Positions 38,645 through 49,122 of a stretch of DNA of 64,000 bases are shown here, in pieces. The translations under genes and the position numbers were made by a program. The DNA is from a candidate division WOR-3 bacterium (GTDB taxonomy: Bacteria; Hydrothermota; Tepidihabitantia; SM23-42; CAYGYG01). The stretch spans positions 64,001 through 128,000 of the forward strand of contig CBFGIV010000001.1 in the NCBI GenBank assembly GCA_965648915.1, read 5' to 3'. The notes under the pieces were generated by a model that saw nothing but the letters and a program-made list of their open reading frames with translations, was not told the DNA's origin and ran no database searches. Numbering within the stretch: position 1 is the stretch's first letter; every line of letters begins with the position of its first letter.

Positions 38645-40071
38645 TATACCCCCAGTTTTACATTTTTAAATCGGACCGGCGGCGCACCATGCCCCACCTT
38701 CATTACCTGCTGGGGTTCTCCTTTGCCACAGCTCGGTAGGCCATAAAGAACCCATGACTCCTTGCCACCGACAAAATCACAACTTTGCCAGTAATCGGTG
38801 GTAATACCTGAAACCACAGGGTTTCTAATCATTTCAATCTTTTTACCATTCTTGATGCGCCAGCCGATTTCGGTGCCCAAACTGAAATTTAATCTGCGAT
38901 CGTCAATCGAGACCGATTTGAATCCATCAAGTAGATAACCGTCGGTATCGGACATAATCTCCTCGAGTGTTCCCTTTCCCGGCTCCAGATTGATATTGGT
39001 CATCCGGACCAGAGGGATATGACACCATCTTTCCGCCCGCATTGTTCCATTTGATCCTTGTTGAAGGATAACGCTGGTTTCCCGGGAACTTTGATAGCCA
39101 GTAAAGATGCCGTCTTTGATCAGTTCTGTCCTCTGGCCTGGTATACCTTCGTCGTCAAACCAGAAAGAACCAATGCCCTTGGGAACTGTTGCATCGGCGA
39201 CAATCGTAATCAATTCAGAGCCGAATTTGAATTTATTTAATTTATCAATAGTTAAATGTGAAGTTCCGGCAAAATTGGCTTCGGTCCCAAGGACGCGGTC
39301 AAGTTCAGTTGGATGACCAACCGATTCATGAATAAAGATTGCGACCGCAGCCGGGGCAAGGATCAGATCGGTGAACTCATTAGGACAGGGTTTGGCGTCA
39401 AGCAGGGCAACCGCTTCTTCGCCAATCCGTTCACACTGGCCAAGCGGATTGAGTTCCTCAATCAATTCCCATCCACAATTTAAGCCCTGACCCATTAATT
39501 CAGGATAAGTTCGCCACTGCATCTCATTCCCCCTGATTGCAGTAGCCCGGATCAAAAACCAGATTCCAATAAAATTCTGCTCGATGTCCGAACCTTCACT
39601 ATCAGCATAACACTTACGTTCCCGCCAGGCATTGAGCCAGCATTCACTGATGTTGATCCCTTTAACCGACCTTATTAATCGGTCACATTCTATGAGATAA
39701 CCAATTTTTTCTTCAATTGTTAGGTTAAATGGATTCTTCTTAACCTGATTTATAAATTTACCTGAGGTTGGTTTTTTCTCTGAAAGTAAAACATCTTTTA
39801 TTTTGGTTAAAGCCGAGGCCCGGGCAACTTCAGCCGCGGTCAGGACCGTTGTTGTTATTGCTTGCTGATCGTCCTTAGAGGTTGCGGCAAATCCCCATGC
39901 ACCATCGGCAATACAACGAATCCCGATACCGGAATCGATCTTTCTGTTTATTTTTTCAACTTTACCATTTTTGATGATTATCTCTTCTTTCTCATATTCG
40001 ATATATCTGAGATCGGCATAAGTAACGAATTTAGGCAAGGCATTGAGACCGATCCGCAATCGCTCATCCAC
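38644..40071 (-). CDS. tldD: TldD family metalloprotease
   Basis: HESVGHPTELDR, DDEG, RMTN, CGKGEPQQ; GTG 40071 follows SD GGAGG. Confidence 0.9.
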   Translation of the reverse strand: MDERLRIGLNALPKFVTYADLRYIEYEKEEIIIKNGKVEKINRKIDSGIGIRCIADGAWGFAATSKDDQQAITTTVLTAAEVARASALTKIKDVLLSEKKPTSGKFINQVKKNPFNLTIEEKIGYLIECDRLIRSVKGINISECWLNAWRERKCYADSEGSDIEQNFIGIWFLIRATAIRGNEMQWRTYPELMGQGLNCGWELIEELNPLGQCERIGEEAVALLDAKPCPNEFTDLILAPAAVAIFIHESVGHPTELDRVLGTEANFAGTSHLTIDKLNKFKFGSELITIVADATVPKGIGSFWFDDEGIPGQRTELIKDGIFTGYQSSRETSVILQQGSNGTMRAERWCHIPLVRMTNINLEPGKGTLEEIMSDTDGYLLDGFKSVSIDDRRLNFSLGTEIGWRIKNGKKIEMIRNPVVSGITTDYWQSCDFVGGKESWVLYGLPSCGKGEPQQVMKVGHGAPPVRFKNVKLGV

Positions 40072-40140
40072 ATTACCTCCTTGGGTTGGCAAAAATAATT
40101 ATATGTAAAACAGAAGATAGATCAAGAACTAACACGGAAT

Positions 40141-40575
40141 CTAATACTTTTCCCAGAACTCTATATCCCCTTTGATAATCCGAAAGATTGGATGGGCTTT
40201 GATTCTGTTTAATTTGGTCTTCTTGATTATCCGGTAGTATTCCGGACTTCGGGTCATTAATTTTTTTGTTAGATGTTTGAATTCATAGACAAGTTGACCG
40301 GTCGTAACGGAGATCATCAGTTTTTTTGTTGTTAAACAAATCTTGTTTTTATCGAAATTATAGTTGCGTCTGCGGGCTTCATAGTAAACAAAAGTAAGAT
40401 AGGCGTTAATGGCAGCGACGGGATATTTGTGGTTCCTGAATCTTATCAACTGGGGATGGGTCTTAAACCCCATAGTTTTTCCCGCCAGGACATTTTTTGC
40501 CAGCAGACCTTCACGCCAGACCACAACCAACCCTTTACCATCCAGGTATGACGGATCTAATGACCACAGTCTCAT
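40141..40575 (-). CDS. Pyrimidine dimer DNA glycosylase/endonuclease V family protein
   Basis: MRLWSLDPSYLDGKGLVVVWREGLLA..HPQL.RF..GQL.YE..HL..KL..R; W-E C-terminus. Confidence 0.85.
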   Translation of the reverse strand: MRLWSLDPSYLDGKGLVVVWREGLLAKNVLAGKTMGFKTHPQLIRFRNHKYPVAAINAYLTFVYYEARRRNYNFDKNKICLTTKKLMISVTTGQLVYEFKHLTKKLMTRSPEYYRIIKKTKLNRIKAHPIFRIIKGDIEFWEKY

Positions 40576-40683
40576 TCTAAGTCGCCTTCAGGCCATTTCC
40601 GGTTTCTAATTTTGTTCAATGTTTACCTCTTTCTTAATTTATCGATAAAGCGAAAAATAGTAATGAGGGGATCAGATTTATCA

Positions 40684-42681
40684 TTACGGCAGGAGAAATC
40701 CCAGCGTTCCCCGGCCGACTGATATCTCCGGTATCGCTTTTATTCTGATCATAAAATCATAAACCCATTCTGAACCGAGACTGTTGAAATTAAAAATCCC
40801 TTCCCAGCAATGAAGATCGCGGGCAAGACTGAGAGAACGACTGGCAATTTCATTTTTAGTGACATTATATGAAGTTGCCAGTGCCACCGACCATTTTGGT
40901 GTTGGCTTAAAACTGAGTTGCCCGGTGACGACATAATCACCATCACGGACATAGGTCTGGCCAATAGTCAATGATAGGTCTCTGATTTTTATCTGGAATG
41001 AATTGTCGATATTGTAGGTATATTCATATGTGTAAGGATATAGCGATGCCCCGATTCTTAATGCGAAAGAGGTGCAGGGAGGAGGAAAGAAGTTATAACG
41101 GGTATCAAAACTCAGCCCAACCGGATTGAGCGAATCGGTTTTTAAATTATAACCGGACATCAGGTTAAGACCGAAGAGACGATTTTTTGTTTTCTGCTCA
41201 CCAATCTTGGCTTCAAATTCATTACTGATGCCGAAATCGATATTATTGATATACGAATAACTGGCAATCCCGGCTACCTGATAAAACCGAGAAAAGTCGT
41301 AGTCTGGTGTATAATGGTAAGTCATCGAAGGTGTAATTTTGTGAAGAATACTATGAAGGTTAAGACCTTCAAAGGCAAAGACCCGATAGAGGTTAGAAGA
41401 GATGCCGGTTGAAAATGACCAGGCAAAACGGCCGGGCCAGCGGTTGCCGATTCGATCTTTATTAAAAAGTGCATAGTCAAGGGTTATACCGGGTGTAATA
41501 GTAAAGAGCCCGAAAAGATTACGACTTAAGGAGGGTGAAGAATTTACTCCCAGAGCCGAATACTCACTCACAGTGTCCTGCCATGTGGTTCGCTGCCGGA
41601 CTGCAGTCCCATTAATATTTGAGGAGATAATTCCGAAGAGACTGTAAGGGGTTGTTGTGATTGTGTAGTACGGCAGCCGTTCATCAATTTTGTCAGCTTC
41701 AAAATCCTGATGGCGATAAGCGTGAATTGAGTTAAAGCCAAAGGGTAGTTGCCGGGAGATCGAAATATTTGAGGTTGCTTCTTTTTTAAGCCACAGTTCT
41801 CTTTCTACCGAATAATCCGGGATATAATATTTATCGCTGGCGAAGTCGAGGTTGGCAGACATCGTTGTGCCGAAAAAAAACCTTTCGCTCGATGATCTTC
41901 CCTGGACCGCATACCGCTTGATCTTCGTATCCGTCTCTTTGATATAGGATGCGCTGAAGTTCCCGGCAGTATGGGGTTTGTAAGCCCAAACCCCTTCGAT
42001 CTGCGGTTTAATGCCTTTCTTTTCCATTGCATCAATCATAAAAGTCAAATCTGAATGGTCATTCACAACCCAGTAATAGGCAAACTGTTTAATATACTTG
42101 CCTTCAGTGCTTGAACGACCGACCTTGAATGGGAGAAGGCCGGATTTCCTTTCGCGGGCGATGGGCACAAACCAGAAAGGTGCGAAGACCAAGGGTATTC
42201 CACGGACGGTAAGAAATATTGGTTCGGCAATGACCATATCATTAAGGAATACTTTCATCTTCGGTGAATAGAAGTAATAGTGGGGAATAGATTCATCACA
42301 GGTGGTATAGCGACCGTGCTCGACATTAAAGGTCTGTTCCTCAACCCAGAAGACTTTCTCTCCATAGAAGAATCCCTTTTCGATTCTCGATTTCCCGTTC
42401 TGCATCATTGCCTTCTTATTTTTTATATTGTAACGGAGATAGGTCCCATAAATGGTATCTTTATTCTGACTAAGGACAGGATGAGGATAGGCCTCGAGGG
42501 TATTATTTTTGAGATTATAAATTACCGTATCGGCCTCAAGCACAATGTTGCCGTAGTCGATTCGAGCACTATCGTAGATAAATACTCTTTCACTATCCAA
42601 TGCATAGATGATCTGGTTACCCTGGTAGTTGATAATCTGAAAAGAGTCAATCTGGAAGAAGAGATAAAAAATAAGGAGCAT
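40684..42681 (-). CDS. lptD: LPS-assembly protein LptD family
   Basis: OstA-like N-terminus, YTTCD..PHY, RKSGLL, beta-barrel C-terminus RDLHCWE. Confidence 0.82.
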   Translation of the reverse strand: MLLIFYLFFQIDSFQIINYQGNQIIYALDSERVFIYDSARIDYGNIVLEADTVIYNLKNNTLEAYPHPVLSQNKDTIYGTYLRYNIKNKKAMMQNGKSRIEKGFFYGEKVFWVEEQTFNVEHGRYTTCDESIPHYYFYSPKMKVFLNDMVIAEPIFLTVRGIPLVFAPFWFVPIARERKSGLLPFKVGRSSTEGKYIKQFAYYWVVNDHSDLTFMIDAMEKKGIKPQIEGVWAYKPHTAGNFSASYIKETDTKIKRYAVQGRSSSERFFFGTTMSANLDFASDKYYIPDYSVERELWLKKEATSNISISRQLPFGFNSIHAYRHQDFEADKIDERLPYYTITTTPYSLFGIISSNINGTAVRQRTTWQDTVSEYSALGVNSSPSLSRNLFGLFTITPGITLDYALFNKDRIGNRWPGRFAWSFSTGISSNLYRVFAFEGLNLHSILHKITPSMTYHYTPDYDFSRFYQVAGIASYSYINNIDFGISNEFEAKIGEQKTKNRLFGLNLMSGYNLKTDSLNPVGLSFDTRYNFFPPPCTSFALRIGASLYPYTYEYTYNIDNSFQIKIRDLSLTIGQTYVRDGDYVVTGQLSFKPTPKWSVALATSYNVTKNEIASRSLSLARDLHCWEGIFNFNSLGSEWVYDFMIRIKAIPEISVGRGTLGFLLP

Positions 42682-44495
42682 TACTTAAGGATATCTTTAT
42701 AACCATCGAGAACAAGTCGATAGTACCTGAGTGCATTCTCCTCATCACCCATTTCTCGATAAAGATCGCCCATCTGTTCGTAGAGGCTTATTACCAGATT
42801 GACATCGGCCTGTCCACCCTGGTCAATTTTATTGCGAACGAATTCCAGGGCCTGGGTGAGATACTCTATGGCATTGTCCCAGCCATTCAATCTTTTTACA
42901 TAAAGCGCGCACTTTTGCAGGGCGCCGATTGCTTCATCATACTCTTCAGCCTGGATGTGGTGAAATGCAATATGCTCAAAATACCTATTTATCTTTTCAT
43001 AAAATTGGGCCATTTTCGAGTGCGCCGATTTTTTATCCTCGATTGTTTCGTAGAAGCGCTGGTGAATGACCCGATGGCTGAAACGATAATGGCCGAATTT
43101 CCTCTGCAGAAAACCGAGTTCCACCGCCTTTTCCAAGATCGGGAAAAAATCGCGCTGGGGGAAGAGTTGATTGACCAGTTCCGTATTTACCTCCATACCC
43201 AGCAGGGTAATATTTTGAAGTATCTTCTGCTCATCAGGATCGAGAAGGCTAATCCGTCGATCGATAATCGATGCCAGATCGCCAAAAGACAGGGGAACTG
43301 ATAGTTGTTTAGTCTCATCGGCAAATAATCTATACATCGTCATATTGCTCGTCTCTTCGTACAGTCTTAAGTACTGATAAAGGTGAAGGGGAGTCGCCGG
43401 GGGGATGTTTATTTCATCGGTAATAAATTTTCGAATCAGGAAATCCTGGTCCTCACTCTTTAAGGGCAGAACTTCGATGGTGTAGCAGTCATCTTTTAAG
43501 CGGGGACGAAATTCCGAGGTTACGATAAACATTATCTTCTCTTCTTTAATTTCATTGATGAGAAAACGGAGCAATCTCATTGAGGAGGTGTCAATGTGAT
43601 CAATATCCTCAAAGACTAAAATCAGACCCTTATCCCAGGATTCACGCACCAGAACTTCACGGATGGTGGTAGTAAATATTGTCTCTTTCATCTTTGTGTC
43701 TAATTTGGAGATAATATTATCCTCTTCACTCACACCAAAGAGGTCAGTTAAAAAATAAAAAGCAGTTGCAATGTCACTGATATCGAGGGCTTTAATCTTT
43801 TCTTCAATTTTTTTATGGATTGTCTCACTATTATCCCCGATTTCGATTTTAAGAATACGGGCGAGAATTTCAAGAAAGGGGGCAAAAGTTAAGTGGGGTA
43901 TGAAATTATAACAATTACCCACAATGAATTTAAATTGAGGATACGCATCGTGCAGTTGATTGACCAGGGTGGTTTTACCGATTCCTTCCGGACCGTAAAT
44001 TTCGACCAGGCAGGTTCTGGGTTTGTAAATCTCAGCGGTGATTGTGCCTAACTGTTTTAACTCTTCTTCTTTTATGATTAGGGGGTAACGCTCTTGAGGT
44101 TTTAATTCAAAATCCTTTTTAAGCGTATCGATTGAGTAGACCAGGATTTCGCTCTGCATCCCTTCCATTGTCAGCATCCCCATACTGGTAATTTCTACCC
44201 AGCTCATCAAAGGTTGAATAACTTCTTCGGCGAGAAGGATCTCGCCCGGTTTGGCAATCTTGGCCAGACCCTGAGCCAGACCTGGGTAGAGAGATATTCC
44301 ACCACCACATTTTGTAAAATTCTTGGTCAAGCTGTGCATAACCCGGGCAGCAACATTGACATCATCAAAGAAGACAGTAAGAATGTTCTTGCTGGTCTCA
44401 AAGACAGAGCCGCCATAAGAACGAACAAAATCGAGAACTCGATAAAAATCCTGCATTGCTACATCTTTCAGCATTATTGAGAGATAGCACTCCAT
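42681..44495 (-). CDS. Degenerate class III cyclase-like domain + P-loop (STAND-like) ATPase + TPR protein
   Basis: N-terminal ..LAQGLAKIAKPGEILL cyclase-like remnant; Walker A GPEGIGKT; Walker B LVFEDIDHID; YRFSH; C-terminal TPRs. Confidence 0.7.
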   Translation of the reverse strand: MECYLSIMLKDVAMQDFYRVLDFVRSYGGSVFETSKNILTVFFDDVNVAARVMHSLTKNFTKCGGGISLYPGLAQGLAKIAKPGEILLAEEVIQPLMSWVEITSMGMLTMEGMQSEILVYSIDTLKKDFELKPQERYPLIIKEEELKQLGTITAEIYKPRTCLVEIYGPEGIGKTTLVNQLHDAYPQFKFIVGNCYNFIPHLTFAPFLEILARILKIEIGDNSETIHKKIEEKIKALDISDIATAFYFLTDLFGVSEEDNIISKLDTKMKETIFTTTIREVLVRESWDKGLILVFEDIDHIDTSSMRLLRFLINEIKEEKIMFIVTSEFRPRLKDDCYTIEVLPLKSEDQDFLIRKFITDEINIPPATPLHLYQYLRLYEETSNMTMYRLFADETKQLSVPLSFGDLASIIDRRISLLDPDEQKILQNITLLGMEVNTELVNQLFPQRDFFPILEKAVELGFLQRKFGHYRFSHRVIHQRFYETIEDKKSAHSKMAQFYEKINRYFEHIAFHHIQAEEYDEAIGALQKCALYVKRLNGWDNAIEYLTQALEFVRNKIDQGGQADVNLVISLYEQMGDLYREMGDEENALRYYRLVLDGYKDILK

Positions 44496-44906
44496 TTACC
44501 TATTCCTTTTGAGTTTAAATTCTTTAGCCAGCAGTTGCCGGTAAGGGTAGGCTTTGACCTGATCATAGGGTCCAATCGTAAATATGGTAATATCAGGTGA
44601 AAATTCACCAAGGACCTGCAGACAGGCACCGCAGGGTGTGATAAAGTCAATCTCTTTGGAATAGAGCACCAGCGCCCGAAATGATGTCTCACCTTCAGAT
44701 ATTGCCTTAAAGATTGCCACTCGTTCGGCGCAGATCGTCAGACCGTAAGATGCATTTTCAATATTGGCACCGGTGAAAATCTTCCGATTTTTAGTATAGA
44801 GCGCAGCACCGACTGCAATCTTGGAATATGGTGCATATGCGAACCGAACCGCGGTCTTGGCTTTTTCAAATAGTTTTAAGTATTTCTGGATAGAAACTCT
44901 GCCCAT
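44496..44906 (-). CDS. cdd: Cytidine deaminase (homotetrameric type)
   Basis: AYAPYS, GANIENASYGLTICAER, PCGACLQ. Confidence 0.95.
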   Translation of the reverse strand: MGRVSIQKYLKLFEKAKTAVRFAYAPYSKIAVGAALYTKNRKIFTGANIENASYGLTICAERVAIFKAISEGETSFRALVLYSKEIDFITPCGACLQVLGEFSPDITIFTIGPYDQVKAYPYRQLLAKEFKLKRNR

Positions 44907-46044
44907 TTTTTAACCCCATTATATTCAGATATTCAGCGGCGGTCCGGGCAAGGTCAGCGAATGTCTTCCTGACACCTAAGTTAATATTGGATTTAAATCT
45001 TTCGCCCCAGACCAGAAGCGGAACATATTCCCGGGAGTGGTCAGTCGATAGTGTGGTTGGATCGCAGCCGTGGTCAGCAGTGATAAAGATTAGATCGTCT
45101 CTTTTGAAATGTTTCATAGTCTGTTTTAAATGTTGATCGAAGTCTTGCAAACCCTGATAGAAATTTTTGATATCGTTGCGGTGCCCCCAGTCCATATCAA
45201 ATTGAATCAGATTAACAATTATGATACCTTCTTTCAGATTGGATAGAACATCATTCAGAAGTTTCATACATTCGTGGTTATTGACTGAATGGAATGATTT
45301 TGTATAGCCTCGATGACCGAAGAGGTCATCGACCTTACCAATTACCCAGACCTCATATCCTTTTTTAACCGCGAGATCGAGCAGGGTCGATTCGGGTGGG
45401 GTGATCGAATAGTCTTTGCGCTCAGGGGTTCGCTTAAAATTGCCCGGTTTACCAGTAAATGGTCGGGCAATGACCCTTGCAACATTATATTCACCGTTGA
45501 GCAGGGTTCGGGCAATTTCGCACATACGATAGAGTTCATCCAGCGGAATGATTTCCTTATGGGCAGCGATCTGAAAGACACTGTCAGCCGATGTATAAAT
45601 TATCGGATAGCCGGTCTCGATATGTTTGGGACCGAGTTTTTCTATTATCTCAGTTCCTGAAGCAGGGATGTTACCGAGGGTCTTACGCCCGATCCTTTTC
45701 TCAAACTCTTTGATTAATTTTTCGGGAAAACCATCGGGATAAGTAGCAAAAGGTCTGTTAAGGATGACCCCACAGATCTCCCAGTGGCCGGTAGTCGAAT
45801 CTTTACCCGGTGAGACCTCTGCCATTTTGCCATAGGAGGCAATTGCCTCGATACTATTTTTAAGTCCTTTGATTCTGATAATCTTTCCCATACCTAAAGA
45901 TTCAAGAACCGGCAGATGGCATCCACCCACTGCTTCGGCCAGGTTGCCGAGGGTATTACTACCTTCATCCTGATATTTAAAGGCATCGGGGAGTTCACCG
46001 ATACCAACACCATCGAGGATGATAACGACCACCCTTTTTCCCAT
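44866..46044 (-). CDS. deoB: Phosphopentomutase
   Basis: LDGVGIGELPDA, GKDSTTGHWE, YTSADSVFQIAAH, GHRND, TADHGCDP, DHSRE; leaderless promoter TTTACT-N16-TATTAT-N6-ATG. Confidence 0.95.
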   Translation of the reverse strand: MGKRVVVIILDGVGIGELPDAFKYQDEGSNTLGNLAEAVGGCHLPVLESLGMGKIIRIKGLKNSIEAIASYGKMAEVSPGKDSTTGHWEICGVILNRPFATYPDGFPEKLIKEFEKRIGRKTLGNIPASGTEIIEKLGPKHIETGYPIIYTSADSVFQIAAHKEIIPLDELYRMCEIARTLLNGEYNVARVIARPFTGKPGNFKRTPERKDYSITPPESTLLDLAVKKGYEVWVIGKVDDLFGHRGYTKSFHSVNNHECMKLLNDVLSNLKEGIIIVNLIQFDMDWGHRNDIKNFYQGLQDFDQHLKQTMKHFKRDDLIFITADHGCDPTTLSTDHSREYVPLLVWGERFKSNINLGVRKTFADLARTAAEYLNIMGLKNGQSFYPEILKTI

Positions 46045-46198
46045 AAACTAATAATATTCAAATTTTCTACAAAGTAAAGAAAAAATGTTAATTTAATAAT
46101 GGAGTCTGGCTTTCTTTTTCCTTGACTTAACTATTTTCCTTGCTAAACTCTAAATGGGTTTAAAGCATCGATAATATGATTATCGTTAAAATTTCTTT

Positions 46199-47932
46199 AT
46201 GCATCTAATTTTAATTGCCCTTCTTAATGTTTCAGATTCTCTGCATCGGGGGATGTGGGTTAGGGCCTCGGCGCTGGTCTCTCCCGATTCGATAGCAAAG
46301 ATAATAGCAATCGCTGATACTTTTAAGATCACCGATATCTATGCCCAGGTTGTAATCGGTGGCTATGCCTATTATGATTCAAAAGTCTTACCCAAAAGTC
46401 AGTATCTAACTAAAGTTGCACTGGTGGATTATGATCCGCTCGATTACTTGTTATGGGTTGCCCACAAAAGATCGTTAAGGGTTCATGCCTGGATCAATAC
46501 TCTGCTCGTCTGGTCTTTAGCGACACCACCCGATTCGACCCGCCATATTTTTTATCAACATCCGGAGTGGTTTATCAAAGATGTGCGTGGTCGTTCAATG
46601 GCGCAATATAGTTATGATGAGTGGAAGAATTATGGACTGGAGGGGCTCTATATCGATCCAGCACGATTAGAAGTTCGTCAGTATATTGCGGATATCTGTG
46701 CCGAAATTGCCAGAGAATATCGGGTTGATGGCGTCCATCTCGATTTTATCAGGTATCCGGGAACTTTATGGGGATTGCCTGAAGGTGAAATGGCTGCTAT
46801 TTTCTCTGGCCTTGAGGCCGATACCCTGCGCTGGCTCGACCTGATTCGATACCCGCGTCTTTCCCTCTATTTACGCTGGATGGTCTGGCATTTTTATCAA
46901 TTTAACCGGTGGCGAAATCACTATATTGCTCAGTTGGTGAAGGAAGTCAGAAGTAAAGTTCAAACAATTTGTAAGGATTGGAGATGTGCAATAACTGCAG
47001 CCATTTTTAGTTTACCGAGTCAGGCACATTATCGATTTGGCCAGGAGTGGTGGCGATGGGGTGATTTCATTGATTATCCGGTTATTATGTCATATACACC
47101 TGATACCGGCCTGTTCACTGATATGGTAAATTTTGGTCTGGCCCGAAGAAGGGATGCAGTATTCGGAATCGGTCTGATCTGGCCCGAGATGAGAAAGATC
47201 GCCTACTGGCAGATGGATAAAATAGAGAAGGCTTCAGCGCGCGGATTAAGTTTCTTCGATTTCAAAGGGCTCGATACTCTGCTGGAGTGGAAGCAAAAGA
47301 TTGATGAACCGATCGACAGTTTTGTAATTGATAGCAGTCGTTATGCAGCTATTAAAGATTTAATAATTGAAAGGCCTGATTCAGATTTAATCACTATGGG
47401 GAGGAAATTTCTGGCCTGGGGTGAGGAACTTGAATTTGCAGGATTTTTGCTCAGCTTATCCCTTAACCCAGAGCGGGACTTAAATCGACTCGGTCTGACC
47501 CGGGAGCAATTTTTGAAGCTGATTGAGAATGATGTTGCTTTTTTTAAATCGGTCGATTTGAAAATCTTTCCACTTGGCCGGGAGTTGATTGAACCACCCT
47601 GGCGGGAAGTGAGATTCGAATTTCTTCCCTGGAGTGAAGATTCAAACTATATAAGAATGAGGGCTAATCAGACAAAACAATTAACTCAGAAGAGGAAGTT
47701 TTATCCCTGGGCAATGGATCGATTTGGCCGTGCGGTATTCAGGAGAGAGGGAAAAGGGAGAAATATCTACCCTGCGCCTGAAGGCATTTATGCCTTCAAG
47801 ATCAAAAAAATCTATCCGGGCGGAAAAAAGGTACTGAGAGAAAAAATCCCTGCTGAACTACTTCCTCTGTACTTAAACTGGACAATAAAGATGAAATTTA
47901 TGGATCTGGTTATGAAAAAGGCAGACATGTAG
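46199..47932 (+). CDS. Glycosyl hydrolase-like family 10 (GHL10/DUF187) protein
   Basis: RGMWV, YDPL..AH..LRVHAW, HPEW, DGVHLDFIRYP, QEW..W..MSY. Confidence 0.8.
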   Translation: MHLILIALLNVSDSLHRGMWVRASALVSPDSIAKIIAIADTFKITDIYAQVVIGGYAYYDSKVLPKSQYLTKVALVDYDPLDYLLWVAHKRSLRVHAWINTLLVWSLATPPDSTRHIFYQHPEWFIKDVRGRSMAQYSYDEWKNYGLEGLYIDPARLEVRQYIADICAEIAREYRVDGVHLDFIRYPGTLWGLPEGEMAAIFSGLEADTLRWLDLIRYPRLSLYLRWMVWHFYQFNRWRNHYIAQLVKEVRSKVQTICKDWRCAITAAIFSLPSQAHYRFGQEWWRWGDFIDYPVIMSYTPDTGLFTDMVNFGLARRRDAVFGIGLIWPEMRKIAYWQMDKIEKASARGLSFFDFKGLDTLLEWKQKIDEPIDSFVIDSSRYAAIKDLIIERPDSDLITMGRKFLAWGEELEFAGFLLSLSLNPERDLNRLGLTREQFLKLIENDVAFFKSVDLKIFPLGRELIEPPWREVRFEFLPWSEDSNYIRMRANQTKQLTQKRKFYPWAMDRFGRAVFRREGKGRNIYPAPEGIYAFKIKKIYPGGKKVLREKIPAELLPLYLNWTIKMKFMDLVMKKADM

Positions 47933-48048
47933 ACCGGAGTTAGAATTATCGTTCTTCTTTCTTTACTTTTGCTATGATATGAATATAATCTTAATTGAAG
48001 GATACTTAAAAAAATTAAAACTGTAATTATGAATCTTAATGTGAGGTA

Positions 48049-48525
48049 ATGATGCAATCAGTTCCGCCCTTTTTTGTAATTTTAAAAAGATTCTATGAAG
48101 AAGAGGTGAAATATATTATTATCGGAGGTGTGGCTGCAGTATTATATGGCGTCCCGAGAGCGACTTTTGATCTTGACATAATCTTAGATTTTTCCGAACA
48201 AAATGTTGATAAACTCATTAAGGTCTTAAACGAATTTAACCTGAGACCAACTGTTCCAATTTCACCGATCGACTTTTGTAGTAAAGAAAAACGAGACGAT
48301 TGGACAAAAAACAAGAATGCAAAAGTTATAAATTTTATAGATCCTGCTGGTAATTACCGGTTAGATGTTGCTTTAATCTATGATTACAACAAGACCAATA
48401 GAATTGTATTGGAAATTGAGAATATCAGAATTTATGTGGTTGATAAGGAGACTCTTATCAAGATGAAAACTGAAGCAGGCCGGGACATCGATCTTCGGGA
48501 TATTAAAAATCTGATCGGAATATGA
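48049..48525 (+). CDS. Pol-beta superfamily nucleotidyltransferase
   Basis: IIGGVAAVLYGVPRATFDLDI, LIKMK..AGR..DL.D. Confidence 0.8.
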   Translation: MMQSVPPFFVILKRFYEEEVKYIIIGGVAAVLYGVPRATFDLDIILDFSEQNVDKLIKVLNEFNLRPTVPISPIDFCSKEKRDDWTKNKNAKVINFIDPAGNYRLDVALIYDYNKTNRIVLEIENIRIYVVDKETLIKMKTEAGRDIDLRDIKNLIGI

Positions 48526-48842
48526 ATATCTATACACAGCGATTAGAAATATTGAATGCAATGCTTGAGTTTCTAAAGAAGATTTACACCCCTGCAAAAT
48601 TGCGATACTGGCAAGATATAGAGTGTAATAGAGATGGTGTGCCCCAAAGATTATGGCGACTCCGGGAGCATTTAAAATTAGATATCGACTCCTTTGCTCA
48701 TTCCATTGGCTTATCGCCCACTTATTACGGGGAACTGGAAAAGATTGGTGCGCGGGTTCCTGAATATGTAATTGAGTCTGTTGCCCGCAAATATCGTATT
48801 AATAAAGAATGGTTGAGGGCAAAAGATGAAAATTTTGAATAA
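48522..48842 (+). CDS. XRE-family HTH protein with an N-terminal helical extension
   Basis: RLWRLREHLKL..FAHSIGLS..YGELE..INKEWL; ATGA overlap with the upstream gene. Confidence 0.7.
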   Translation: MNIYTQRLEILNAMLEFLKKIYTPAKLRYWQDIECNRDGVPQRLWRLREHLKLDIDSFAHSIGLSPTYYGELEKIGARVPEYVIESVARKYRINKEWLRAKDENFE

Positions 48843-49032
48843 TGTGAACAGAGGCAGAACTATATTTTATTATTTCTTCACAAAACATAAAAAACCCGAG
48901 GACCAGGATTAGAATACCCTATACACCATATTGTCTCAATCAGTTGATAACTGAATTAACATAACAAAGATAGATGATAGATGTCAGATAGTAAATAGAA
49001 AGTAGAGGAGAAAGATCGATGCACGATGCTGG

Positions 49033-49122
49033 TCGGTTTGATCTGTTTGGTTTATCTGGTCTTTCTGGTCTGTTTAGTCTATTTGGTCTGTCTGGTCTAT
49101 TTAGTCTGTTTGGTTTATCTGG
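49033..49122. repeat. Degenerate 9-bp tandem repeat (10 units)
   Basis: Units such as TCTGTTTGG, TTTATCTGG, TCTTTCTGG, TCTGTTTAG, TCTATTTGG; consensus about TCTRTYTRG. Confidence 0.9.

Noticed and set aside
49033..49122. CRISPR array
   Set aside because: Contiguous 9-bp units with no spacers and no cas genes
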